A program made the translations under genes and the position numbers. The notes below the pieces were generated by a model. The model was not told the origin of the DNA. It saw only the letters and a list, made by a program, of their open reading frames with translations, and searched no databases. DNA of 64,000 nt from a bacterium (GTDB lineage Bacteria; BMS3Abin14). Below are positions 36,770 to 45,826 of the stretch, in pieces. Where the stretch lies: the NCBI GenBank assembly GCA_020350725.1, contig CP070719.1, positions 1,418,096 to 1,482,095 of the forward strand, in the 5' to 3' direction. Positions within the stretch are counted from its first letter, which is position 1. Each line of letters starts with the position of its first letter.

Positions 36770-37969
36770 ATGAGATCGAGACATCTCAGTTTCCTTGTCC
36801 TTTTCTGCTGCGCGGTCCTCCTGTCCTCTCCGCTGCCGGCAGCTGCTGAAAAGGTGGATTTCCAACCGGTTCGGACTCCTTCTATGGGGCCGGAAAACGC
36901 CAAGGTCACGGTGTACGAGATCGCGGACTTCATGTGACCATTCTGCAAGGAGGTCGGTCCGGCCTTCAAAAGGCTCAAGGAAGAGTACAGTGACAGGGTC
37001 AGGTTCGTCTATGTGCCCTACATGAGACAGTATTCGGGTTATTCGCGTGACACGGCTCTGGCATCCTATGCCGCCTGGGATCAGGGCAAATTCTGGGAGA
37101 TGCACGACCTCCTCTATGAGAACGCCCCTGACCTCGAAAGGGAGGTGCTGGACAGCCTGGCCTTGAAGCTGGGGCTGGACATGGACAGATTCCGGAAAGC
37201 CATGGACGAGAAGGCCCATCTCGACGAACTCCAGGGCAATCTGGACAGGGTCCACGAGCTGGACATCTGGAGCACCCCGACGGTGATCATCAACGGGGTC
37301 ATGATCAAGGGTGTTCAGCCCTACGAGCGCTACAGGGAACTCATCGAGGAAGCCCTGGCCTCCTCGAGCAGATCGGGGCCCCTCCACCGGATACAGGATG
37401 CAGCCCTGAGGATCCTGAGCCCTGCCGAGGTTTTCGCCGAAACGGGCGAATTCGGCCGCGGCCGGGTGCCGCTTTGGGTGCAGGCTCCCCGGCTGAAACC
37501 GGTCAACGATCTCAAGGTGGGCGATGCCGCTCCCGACTTCACCCTGCCGAATGCTCAGGGGGGTGAGATCACACTGAGCGCATTCAAGGGGAGCAAGAAT
37601 GTCCTCATCTCCTTCCTGCCGGCGGCCTTCACTCCTACCTGAAGCGGTCAGCTTTCCGCTTACGAGGAGCTCAAACCTCGTTTCGCGGAACTGAACACTC
37701 AGGTTCTGAGTGTGCTGGAAGACAACCTCCCGACGCTGCAGGCCTGGAGCCAGGGGTTGAACGCCTCCTTTCCCATCCTGAGTGATTTCTGGCCCCACGG
37801 TGAGGTCGCACTGCTCTACGATGTCCTCCGGTCCGAAGGGATCGCCGAGAGGGCCCTCTTCATCGTGGACAAGGAGGGGGTCATCCGCTTCATAGACATA
37901 CACGACATCAACGAGGACCCGGGCATGAACGCCATTCTCAAAACCCTGGAGGAGATCGAGGGAAAGTGA
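36770..37969 (+). CDS. exported DsbA-like/AhpE-like peroxiredoxin fusion with two in-frame UGA (Sec) codons at 36935-36937 and 37640-37642
   Basis: One frame from ATG 36770 (RBS AAGGGGG) to TGA 37969: signal peptide, GPENAKVTVYEIADFM-U-PFC, GKFWEMHD, STPTVIING, then KVGDAAPDFTL...FLPAAFTPT-U-SGQL, SDFWPHGEVA, ERALFIVDKEG. Both UGAs sit at catalytic Cys positions. Confidence 0.88.
36951..36965 (+). promoter_or_regulatory. candidate SECIS element for the first UGA of the fusion
   Basis: AGGTCG-GTC-CGGCCT stem with one G-U pair; the loop G is 20 nt after the UGA, like the msrA hairpin. Confidence 0.55.
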
Positions 37970-38005
37970 GGGTCTCAGCTCGAGACCCGGTTACGTAAGC
38001 CGTCG

Positions 38006-38044
38006 ACGGCCCACCGGTTCCGGGGGAAAGGTGGGCCGTTTGTG
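38006..38044 (+). terminator. probable terminator hairpin after the DsbA-Prx fusion
   Basis: 10-bp perfect stem ACGGCCCACC/GGTGGGCCGT followed by a short T tract; a second hairpin GGGTCTC/GAGACCC lies at 37970-37988. Confidence 0.5.
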
Positions 38045-38179
38045 CGGCGATCGCAGGTAGGACGGTACTTGAAAGCACTATGTTGATTCTGGTATATTCA
38101 GGATGTTTCCCCGGGTAGCCCAACGTCCTACTGTGCTTGTACCTATCGGAGGGGAAGAGGACTCCTAGGAGGAGAGAGT

Positions 38180-38629
38180 TTGACAGGAGAGAACGACAGG
38201 GAAAAGGGCTTCAAGGTCGAGGACAGGAGGACCTCCCGGACGGCTGAGGAGAAGAAAGAACCTGCCGGGATCGGGGAGGAGGGTGCCCCGGACGGTGGAG
38301 AAACGGTCGACAGGGCGGAGGCCGATCCGTCGGGAAAGGAAGAATCAAAAGCCCATACCGCACCGACAGAGGGTATGCCGCCCATAGATTTTTCCACCTT
38401 TGTCTTCTCCCTCTTTCACTCGGCCTTGATCCAGCTCGGGGCGATGGAAGATCCGGCGAGCGGCGGTGAGGCGAAAAACCTCGATGCTGCCAAGCAGACC
38501 ATCGACATCCTCAATGTCATTCAGGAGAAAACGGAGGGAAACCTGACGGACGAAGAGCAAAAATTCCTGGAGAGTGCTACCGCCGAACTGAAGTGGAAAT
38601 TCCTGAATGCAGTCAAGGAAAAAGGGTAA
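38180..38629 (+). CDS. DUF1844 domain protein
   Basis: GFKVEDRR, PPIDFSTFVFSL, ALIQLG, AKQTIDIL, EKTEGNLT; strong RBS; sigma70-like TTGAAA-N18-TATATT at 38069-38098. Confidence 0.85.
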   Translation: MTGENDREKGFKVEDRRTSRTAEEKKEPAGIGEEGAPDGGETVDRAEADPSGKEESKAHTAPTEGMPPIDFSTFVFSLFHSALIQLGAMEDPASGGEAKNLDAAKQTIDILNVIQEKTEGNLTDEEQKFLESATAELKWKFLNAVKEKG

Positions 38630-40601
38630 GACGCCCGTTTTGAGATCGGTCACAATCTACCTGGGCCTCTCTCTCCTTCTCGTCACTTCTCTGTGCCATC
38701 CTCTGTGGGCGCTCGAGGTAAGCGAACTTACAGTGGATTTTCCTCTGGCCGACGTTTTCAGCATCCAGCAAGATACCCTGGGAGATTCCGGTGGAGAGGG
38801 TCAACAGCCGGGCCTCTCAGCTTCCTGGAAGGCGGCATGGGAAGATGACTGGTTCGCCTATCGTCAGAGGGTCGTCAGGGGAGATCTGGCCGGTGCCAAA
38901 AAGAGCCTCGATCGAATCAACCAATACCGCCTGACGAACGGGATCCCCAATCTCTATCTCCCTGCTGCCGCCCTCCTGATGGAGGCATCGGTTGCAAGGG
39001 AACAGTCGCGCTACAAGGACGCTCTGGACATCATCGATGCGGCCGAGGAACTGGCTCCGGATGATCCGGCTCCCCACTTCCTTCGTGCCAGAACAAGATG
39101 GAGCCAGAATCAGCTGCGGGCTCTCGGTTCCCTGGACGCCTTCTTTCAGGGCTGTATCGCCTTTGCAAAAGATTTCCGGTCCATCTTCCCGTGGTCCCTG
39201 GGATTGGCCCTCTGGATCTTCTTCGGCACCCTGGCGGCTTCGGTGATCACCATCCTCCTGGTTGCCGTGCAGGTCTACCCCAGGCTCTGCCACGACCTGT
39301 CCCACTTCATCAAGCTTCCCAACTGGGCGTGGAATCTGGTCATGGCCGCGGCTCTGGGTATCCTCCTGATAGTCGGCATGCCCTTCATGGTCTGGATCAT
39401 CCTCATCGCCCTTGTCATGGCGATGCACCTCAATTCCAGAGAGAGGGTTCTGATCGCCCTTGCGGTATTTCTGATGATCTGCCTTCCTCTCATCATGCAG
39501 GTCCTGACCATCAGCGACGGCTTCTATTCAGGCAATACCGGCCTGACCCTCTTTTCAGCGGAGAGAGGAGGTGAGGGGGCTCGGGTCCTCGATGAGCTCC
39601 ACAGTCTGAGGGTGAGGGATCAGAGCGATCCCAGGGTCCTTTCGACCTTCGCGCTCGTCCTCAAGAGAAGCGGAAGAACGAGGGAAGCCGAGTCACTTCT
39701 GCGGGAGGCGATGGAGATCTCCCCCGAATCCCCCCGGATAATCAACAACCTCGCCAATATCCTGTTTGCCACCGGGAGGGTGGAACAGGCCATCGATCAC
39801 TTCAGACGGGCCCTGAGATACAGCGATGATCCCATAATCCATTACAATCTCAGTCAGGCCCTGAGGGAGAATCTTCAACTGGAGGAGGGGGAGAGGGAAT
39901 TCCTCATCGCCCAGGAAAAGGTCCCCGACCTCACCGGTTCTCTCGCCTCCGAACGGGCAGAGGGTGGCAGGAGGATCACGGTCGATCTTTTCGGGTCCCT
40001 CACCGAGTACCTGTCGAGCGGCCTCAGGATAGACGAGGCCGGAAAAGCGTGGCGTGAGAACCTCTGGGACGGAATTGTTCCCAAAGTGCCCTACCGGTTC
40101 GGATGGCTGATCTTTCCCGTATCCTCACTCCTTCTCGTCGCCGTCTGGCCGATGGGAGACAAGATCTCCACCGCCGAACGCTGTCGCCAGTGCAACAGGC
40201 TCCATTGCAGCAAGTGCAGCGAGGCGAGCCAGGAGGTTCTCTGTGCCCAGTGCAGGCATATCTTCCATATCAGGACCGGGATCGACCCCACCAGCCGGGT
40301 CAAGAAGATGATGCATATCATGCGCTTCAAGAAACGGCGGGCACTGCTGACGCGCCTGGCCACCCTCATGCTGCCGGGAACCGGCCACGTGCTGCTCAAC
40401 TCCGGCTGGCGGTCGCTGATTATGATCGCCCTTACCATGTTCTTCTGGGCCAAGTGGGTGCTCTGGCATGGACTGCTGAGAAACACGACCATGCTCGAGA
40501 TCCAGGCCGGATCCGGGGCCAAGATCTGGTTCTTCGTCCTCTTTGGCGCATATTACCTTTTCGTTCTCCGCAGCGTGGGGAAAAGACTGGAGGAGGTCTA
40601 G
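38607..40601 (+). CDS. multi-pass membrane protein with tetratricopeptide repeats and a Cys-rich zinc-finger-like motif
   Basis: N-terminal TPRs, TM block, second TPR set (INNLANILFATG..EQAIDHFRRAL), CRQCNRLHCSKC...LCAQC. Start may be TTG 38640. Confidence 0.8.
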   Translation: MQSRKKGKTPVLRSVTIYLGLSLLLVTSLCHPLWALEVSELTVDFPLADVFSIQQDTLGDSGGEGQQPGLSASWKAAWEDDWFAYRQRVVRGDLAGAKKSLDRINQYRLTNGIPNLYLPAAALLMEASVAREQSRYKDALDIIDAAEELAPDDPAPHFLRARTRWSQNQLRALGSLDAFFQGCIAFAKDFRSIFPWSLGLALWIFFGTLAASVITILLVAVQVYPRLCHDLSHFIKLPNWAWNLVMAAALGILLIVGMPFMVWIILIALVMAMHLNSRERVLIALAVFLMICLPLIMQVLTISDGFYSGNTGLTLFSAERGGEGARVLDELHSLRVRDQSDPRVLSTFALVLKRSGRTREAESLLREAMEISPESPRIINNLANILFATGRVEQAIDHFRRALRYSDDPIIHYNLSQALRENLQLEEGEREFLIAQEKVPDLTGSLASERAEGGRRITVDLFGSLTEYLSSGLRIDEAGKAWRENLWDGIVPKVPYRFGWLIFPVSSLLLVAVWPMGDKISTAERCRQCNRLHCSKCSEASQEVLCAQCRHIFHIRTGIDPTSRVKKMMHIMRFKKRRALLTRLATLMLPGTGHVLLNSGWRSLIMIALTMFFWAKWVLWHGLLRNTTMLEIQAGSGAKIWFFVLFGAYYLFVLRSVGKRLEEV

Positions 40602-40603
40602 AG

Positions 40604-41815
40604 GTGGCCCTGAAAGGAACCCTCAAGGATTTCGGTCTTTCGGATATCTTCCAGCTGATCGCGCACCAGGGGAAGACCGGTGTCCTCCATCTGGAGGACA
40701 AGGGCAAACTGGTGTCCGTTACCTTCGAGGGTGGTAAGGTCGTCTACGCTGAATCGGGCTCCGCGAAGACGCTGGAAAAGGAACTGCTCGGGGACATCCT
40801 GGTAAAATCGGGCCTGATGAGCAAAATGGAACTCGAGGAGACCCTGGAAGAGCAGAAGCGCACCATGAAGAAGCTCGGGGTCATTATCCAGGAGAAGAAC
40901 TATCTCACCCCGGATACCTTCAGAACGGTTCTGGAGTTCCAGGTGCGTGAGACACTGTTCAAGATCTTTCAGTGGACCAGCGGCAGTTATCGTTTCGAGG
41001 CGGGAAGGGTGTCCTACGACAAGCAGTTCGTCAGGCCCCTGTCCGCGGAGTACGTTCTCATGGAAGCGGCCAGGATCATCGATGAATGGCCGGGAGTCAG
41101 GATCAAGATCCCCTCCGTGGAGATGGTATTCGCTCGCGTTCCGGATGCCAACGATAAGATCCTGAGGAGGTCTCAGCTTGCCGAGGCCGGAGATGAGATC
41201 GATGACAAGCTGGATTTTCTGGGAGGCGGTGAGGGCGCCAAACCCAAATCCTACGACGGCGACAAGACCATTCTCACTCCTAGCCAGGAGCGGATCTACG
41301 ATCTGCTGGATGGGCACCTGACCGTCAAAGACCTGGCCTACCGTTCCCTGCTGGGGGATTTTGAGACCGCCAAGACCCTCGTGGACCTGCTCGGCTTCGG
41401 GCTGATCAAGCCGGTAAAGGTTCCCGCCTCCCTGCCGAAAGCAGTGGAAAAGGCAAGGGAACCTCTGCGAAGCAGGCGTCTCATGGCGGTTGCCGGAGGG
41501 GCGCTTGTGGTGGTGGCCGTCCTTATGGCGGGTTTTTATGCCTTCAGCCTCTACGGAACCCGCTTTCTCGTCCTGCCGCAGATGACCTCGGAAAAGGCCC
41601 TCAAGGTGAAACAATCCGTGGCCCAGGTCCAGAAAAAAAGGCTGGCGCTGGCTATTGAGATCTTCCGGCTCGAGCGGGGCGCCTATCCGGCGGCCGTCGA
41701 GGACCTGGTCCTGAATGAATATGTGCTGCCATCGGACATCACCTATCCCTTTTCCTCGCCCTACCGGATCGAGAGGACGCAGAAGGGACCGGTTCTGGTC
41801 AACCCTGAGGAATGA
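40604..41815 (+). CDS. DUF4388 (PatA_N) domain membrane protein
   Basis: ALKGTLKDFGLSDIFQLI...KTGVL, LGDILV, FQWTSGSYRF, ARIIDEW; C-terminal TM; GTG 40604 with RBS. Confidence 0.85.
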   Translation: MALKGTLKDFGLSDIFQLIAHQGKTGVLHLEDKGKLVSVTFEGGKVVYAESGSAKTLEKELLGDILVKSGLMSKMELEETLEEQKRTMKKLGVIIQEKNYLTPDTFRTVLEFQVRETLFKIFQWTSGSYRFEAGRVSYDKQFVRPLSAEYVLMEAARIIDEWPGVRIKIPSVEMVFARVPDANDKILRRSQLAEAGDEIDDKLDFLGGGEGAKPKSYDGDKTILTPSQERIYDLLDGHLTVKDLAYRSLLGDFETAKTLVDLLGFGLIKPVKVPASLPKAVEKAREPLRSRRLMAVAGGALVVVAVLMAGFYAFSLYGTRFLVLPQMTSEKALKVKQSVAQVQKKRLALAIEIFRLERGAYPAAVEDLVLNEYVLPSDITYPFSSPYRIERTQKGPVLVNPEE

Positions 41816-41994
41816 GGCGTGACAGGATTCTATGATAGACCTCCCGCCGGGCCCGGGGACACAAGCCTGTATCCGTCGTTGACACAGCGTCTGCGGTATG
41901 ATTTCAATCCACTGTGGTGGACCGGAGGGGTGCTGTGATCCCACGTTTTGAAGTTGTCGCCGTTGCGGTGACAGTTGGGGGTTATTGTTAGAAC

Positions 41995-42939
41995 ATGAAA
42001 AAAGCCATGAGAATCGAAAACGAGCACCAGGCCAGGATGCTGTCCGGGGAGATGGACCGCAACCTCAAGACCATCGAAAAAATCACGGGGGTCAGGATCG
42101 GTATAAGGGGTGAGAACATCTTTCTTGACGGCCCGGGGGAGCAGGTGGACAGCGTGGGGAAAGTGATCGCCGATATTCTCGACAACGCCGCTGAGGGGAT
42201 TCCCCTGTCCGCCGCTGAAATAGAAAATCTCTTCCGCCAGATGGCTAACGGCAGACAGGTGACGGTTTCGGATCTGCTTACCAACGCGGTCATTATATCG
42301 CCCAGGAAGTCCATCGTTCCAAAGAGCCGAAATCAAAAGACATACCTTGAACGGATCGGCCAGGACGATATCGTCTTCGGAATCGGGCCGGCCGGCACGG
42401 GGAAAACCTACCTTGCCATGGCCGCCGCTGTGCGCTCCCTTGTGCACAAAGAGGTCGCGCGGATCATCCTGGCCAGGCCCGCTGTCGAGGCGGGAGAGAA
42501 GCTGGGTTTTCTTCCCGGGGACCTCTACGAAAAGGTCAACCCCTACCTGAGACCCCTCTATGATGCCATGTTCGAGATGCTCAGCTCGGAAAAGGCCCTC
42601 AAGCTCATTGAGAGGGGGGTTATCGAGATCGCGCCCCTGGCCTTCATGAGGGGCAGGACGCTCAACGACTCCTTCGTCATTCTCGATGAGGCCCAGAACA
42701 CCACGGCCGAACAGATGAAGATGTTCCTCACCCGGCTCGGATTCGATTCCAAGGCGGTGATAACAGGTGATATCACCCAGATCGACCTCCCGGAAAAAAT
42801 ACCTTCCGGGCTCGTCCAGGTGATGGATATTCTCAGCGGCATCGACGGGATCAGCTTCGTTCATTTCGATGAGGGCGATGTGGTGCGTCACCCATTGGTC
42901 CAGAAGATCATCAGGGCATACGAGAAGAGGGGGATCTGA
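41995..42939 (+). CDS. phoH: PhoH family ATPase
   Basis: FGIGPAGTGKTYLA, RPAVEAGEKLGFLPGD, LRPLYDA, APLAFMRGRTL, LDEAQN and GDITQIDL. Confidence 0.95.
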   Translation: MKKAMRIENEHQARMLSGEMDRNLKTIEKITGVRIGIRGENIFLDGPGEQVDSVGKVIADILDNAAEGIPLSAAEIENLFRQMANGRQVTVSDLLTNAVIISPRKSIVPKSRNQKTYLERIGQDDIVFGIGPAGTGKTYLAMAAAVRSLVHKEVARIILARPAVEAGEKLGFLPGDLYEKVNPYLRPLYDAMFEMLSSEKALKLIERGVIEIAPLAFMRGRTLNDSFVILDEAQNTTAEQMKMFLTRLGFDSKAVITGDITQIDLPEKIPSGLVQVMDILSGIDGISFVHFDEGDVVRHPLVQKIIRAYEKRGI

Positions 42940-42946
42940 ATTGTTG

Positions 42947-45445
42947 ATGGTAAGTTCCCCGAAACAGACATCGAAGGACGAAAAGGGCAAAGCCCCCCGG
43001 TCCGGAGCGAGGTTTTTCAGGCGCCTGATAGCCTGGGACGGTGAGACCCAACGGTCGGTCCTCTTCTGGATTACCGTCGTCATCATCACCTACTTCCTCG
43101 TTCCCCCGAGCCAGGTCCACGATGTGGATTTCACGCCCGGCGATATCGCGAAGCGGGACATCAAAGCCTCCCGGTCGATCCTGGTCGAGGATAAGGATTC
43201 CACACAGGCCCGCAGGTTGGAAGCCGAGGCGTCGGTCCTGTCGGTGTTTGTTTTCGACCGGAAACAGATGGCCAACAGGCTCCAGGATGTTCGATCCTTT
43301 TTCGCCTCCATGAGGGAACTGCTCGGAAGGCTCGAGATGGAGGAAAACGAGCTGCGTGAGCGGTGGAAAGCCGCCAATAGGACCGAGAGGCTGCAGATCG
43401 ACGAGGAGATCATACTCTTCTGGGAGCAGGCCAGAGAGGCCAAGCTCGAACCGATGCGGAAGTTTATCGATGACATGGCCCTCGAGATCACCACTGAACA
43501 GATGCAGCCGCTGCTGGAGGACGGTTTCAGCGAGAGGTCCGAGGGCGTTCTGGCTGAGTCCCTCCTGACCCTTTCGGGCATGGGCATCATCTCCGACAGG
43601 GAACTCCTCCTGAGGGAGCGGGGCAAGGGTGTGACGGTCAGGTACCTGGATGCAGTCCAGGAGGAGATCGTTCTTGAGGATTTCGCCAGTATCCTGACCC
43701 TGAAGGCCGCACGATCGCAGGTGAAAAAGAGCATTTCCACCGTCGGGTGGACCCGTTCCGAACTCCCTCTCAGGCGCCTTCTGGAATCTCTCGCCCAGGA
43801 TCTGGTCCGTCCCAATTTCAACTTCGATCCTTCCGAATCGCAGGAACGCAAAGAGAAGGCCGTCGAAGACACAAAGCCCGTCTATTATCAGGTCAAGCGG
43901 GGGGAGATCATCGTCAGAGCGGGAGATCCGCTTACCGGGGAGCAGATCCTCAAGATCGCCGCCCTCTACGAGTCCGTGCCGTCCGAGGGAAGAATGACCC
44001 TCATAATGGGCCTCTTTATTCTCACGGCTCTCATTCTCTTCGCTTTCTACAGGATACTCGCATCGATACAGCCAGACCTTCCCGCCGATACCATGAGACT
44101 GGTCATGCTGGCGGTGATCATCGTCGGTCACATCGGTATCATCAAGCTCACCACGTTCCTGTTCCAGTCCTTATCGGTCACCTATTCCGACATAAAGCTG
44201 TCGGCCCTCAGCCTTGCCGCCCCATATGCGGCGGGGGCTATGGTCACGTCGATCCTGTTTCCCGTAAATGTCGGTCTCGTGGTTGCTTCCCTGTCATCCA
44301 TGTTCGCCGCCATACTCAATGAATGGAGCCTGATGATCTTCATTTTCGCCCTGGTCGGAAGTATTACAGCCGCTTTCAGCGCGACACACTGCGTTCAGAG
44401 GTCTTCCGTCATCAGGGCGGGGCTGGTCGTCGGTGGAGTCAATATGGGCGTGGCGCTCATCCTGGCCCTGAGAGATGGCGATCTCCTCTCTTCCGGAAGC
44501 ATCACCCAGATGGTGCTCGCCCTGGGAAGCGGCGTGGGAGTCTCGCTCCTCGCCTCCCTCGTCGTGCCCATCATGGAGTCGGGTTTTGGCGTGGCCTCGG
44601 ACATGAAACTCATGGAACTGGCCAACCTGAACCAGCCGATCCTCAAGGAGATGATCCTCAGGGCCCCGGGGAGCTATCACCACAGTGTGCTCGTCGGTTC
44701 GCTGGCCGAAGCAGCCGCCGAAGAGATCGGAGCCAACCCTCTCCTGGCCAGGGTCGCCTCGTCATACCACGACATCGGAAAGATCAACAAACCGGAATAT
44801 TTCATCGAGAACCAGGAGACCAAGAACAACAGGCATGAGAAACTGTCTCCGAGCATGAGTGCCCTGATCCTCGCGTCTCACGTCAAGGACGGTGTCGAGA
44901 TCGCAAAGGAGAAGAGGCTTCCGAAGCGGATACTCGATATCATCCGGCAGCATCACGGGACGCGCCTCATAACCTTCTTCTACAGCAAGGCAAAGGAGAA
45001 GGAAGATCCATCCGTGCAGACCGTAGATGAAAAGGATTTCCGCTATCTCGGACCCAAACCCCAGAGTCGGGAGGCTGCGTTGATCATGCTCGCCGATGCG
45101 GTGGAAGCTGCGTCGAAGGTCCTGGACGATCCCACGCCGGCGCGGATACGGGGCCTGGTCCAGAAGATCATCAACGATATTTTCGTCGACGGCCAGCTGG
45201 ATGAATCGAACCTGACGCTCAGGGATCTGCACCAGATCGCCAAGAGTTTCACGCGCACGATCACCGGCATCCTCCACCATAGAATCGATTATCCCGATAC
45301 AACAGCCGCGGTCGATGAGAAGAGGGAAAGGAAAAGGAAGAAGTTGAATGGTGCTGATACAGATAAGGGACAACAGGGTGAAACCCCGCCTGAAAAGGCT
45401 GGAGGCCCTGGCGTCAAGAATATTAGGAGACTTGGGCAAAGCTGA
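42947..45445 (+). CDS. 7TM-HD family phosphohydrolase (PgpH-like)
   Basis: Large extracytoplasmic domain, TM block, APGSYHHS, YHDIGK, YFIENQ, QHHGT, YLGPKPQSRE and LADAVEAA. Confidence 0.92.
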   Translation: MVSSPKQTSKDEKGKAPRSGARFFRRLIAWDGETQRSVLFWITVVIITYFLVPPSQVHDVDFTPGDIAKRDIKASRSILVEDKDSTQARRLEAEASVLSVFVFDRKQMANRLQDVRSFFASMRELLGRLEMEENELRERWKAANRTERLQIDEEIILFWEQAREAKLEPMRKFIDDMALEITTEQMQPLLEDGFSERSEGVLAESLLTLSGMGIISDRELLLRERGKGVTVRYLDAVQEEIVLEDFASILTLKAARSQVKKSISTVGWTRSELPLRRLLESLAQDLVRPNFNFDPSESQERKEKAVEDTKPVYYQVKRGEIIVRAGDPLTGEQILKIAALYESVPSEGRMTLIMGLFILTALILFAFYRILASIQPDLPADTMRLVMLAVIIVGHIGIIKLTTFLFQSLSVTYSDIKLSALSLAAPYAAGAMVTSILFPVNVGLVVASLSSMFAAILNEWSLMIFIFALVGSITAAFSATHCVQRSSVIRAGLVVGGVNMGVALILALRDGDLLSSGSITQMVLALGSGVGVSLLASLVVPIMESGFGVASDMKLMELANLNQPILKEMILRAPGSYHHSVLVGSLAEAAAEEIGANPLLARVASSYHDIGKINKPEYFIENQETKNNRHEKLSPSMSALILASHVKDGVEIAKEKRLPKRILDIIRQHHGTRLITFFYSKAKEKEDPSVQTVDEKDFRYLGPKPQSREAALIMLADAVEAASKVLDDPTPARIRGLVQKIINDIFVDGQLDESNLTLRDLHQIAKSFTRTITGILHHRIDYPDTTAAVDEKRERKRKKLNGADTDKGQQGETPPEKAGGPGVKNIRRLGQS

Positions 45446-45785
45446 TAAGGAGCTGAGCGTCCTCATCACCGATGACGAGGAGATGAGGACGCTGAACAAG
45501 CGCTTCAGGGGAATCGACCGCACCACGGATGTTCTTTCCTTCGCCCAGGAGTCCGGCGCGGCTGAACCCGCTGCGGGCGACAGTTCCCTGCTGGGGGATG
45601 TGATCATCTCAATGGACAGGGCAGAGGCCCAGGCCAGGGAGTACGGCGTAAGCGTCGACGAGGAACTGGGCAGACTTCTTGTCCATGGTGTCCTCCATCT
45701 GGTGGGATACGATCACGAGGCCGGTGACGAGGAAGCCTCCAGGATGAGGGATATCGAGGAAAAATACTCCACCGGCGGGCGATAA
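45348..45785 (+). CDS. ybeY: rRNA maturation endoribonuclease YbeY
   Basis: LNKRFRG.DRTTDVLSF, LGDVIIS and HGVLHLVGYDH (HxxxHxxGxxH). Confidence 0.94.
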   Translation: MVLIQIRDNRVKPRLKRLEALASRILGDLGKADKELSVLITDDEEMRTLNKRFRGIDRTTDVLSFAQESGAAEPAAGDSSLLGDVIISMDRAEAQAREYGVSVDEELGRLLVHGVLHLVGYDHEAGDEEASRMRDIEEKYSTGGR

Positions 45786-45826
45786 CCCCAACCGGCAGCA
45801 GATTTCGTGGGGAAGATGACAGAGCC

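Noticed and set aside
37013-37969. Track ORFs 37013..37642 and 37712..37969 as independent genes
   Set aside because: They start mid-domain without an RBS and are in frame with ATG 36770; they are parts of one recoded CDS.
38057-38142. Alternative pairings (GTAGGACG/CGTCCTAC; AGCAC/GTGCT) suggesting a riboswitch
   Set aside because: The 5' arms lie upstream of or within a good sigma70-like promoter (38069-38098), so they would not be in the transcript.
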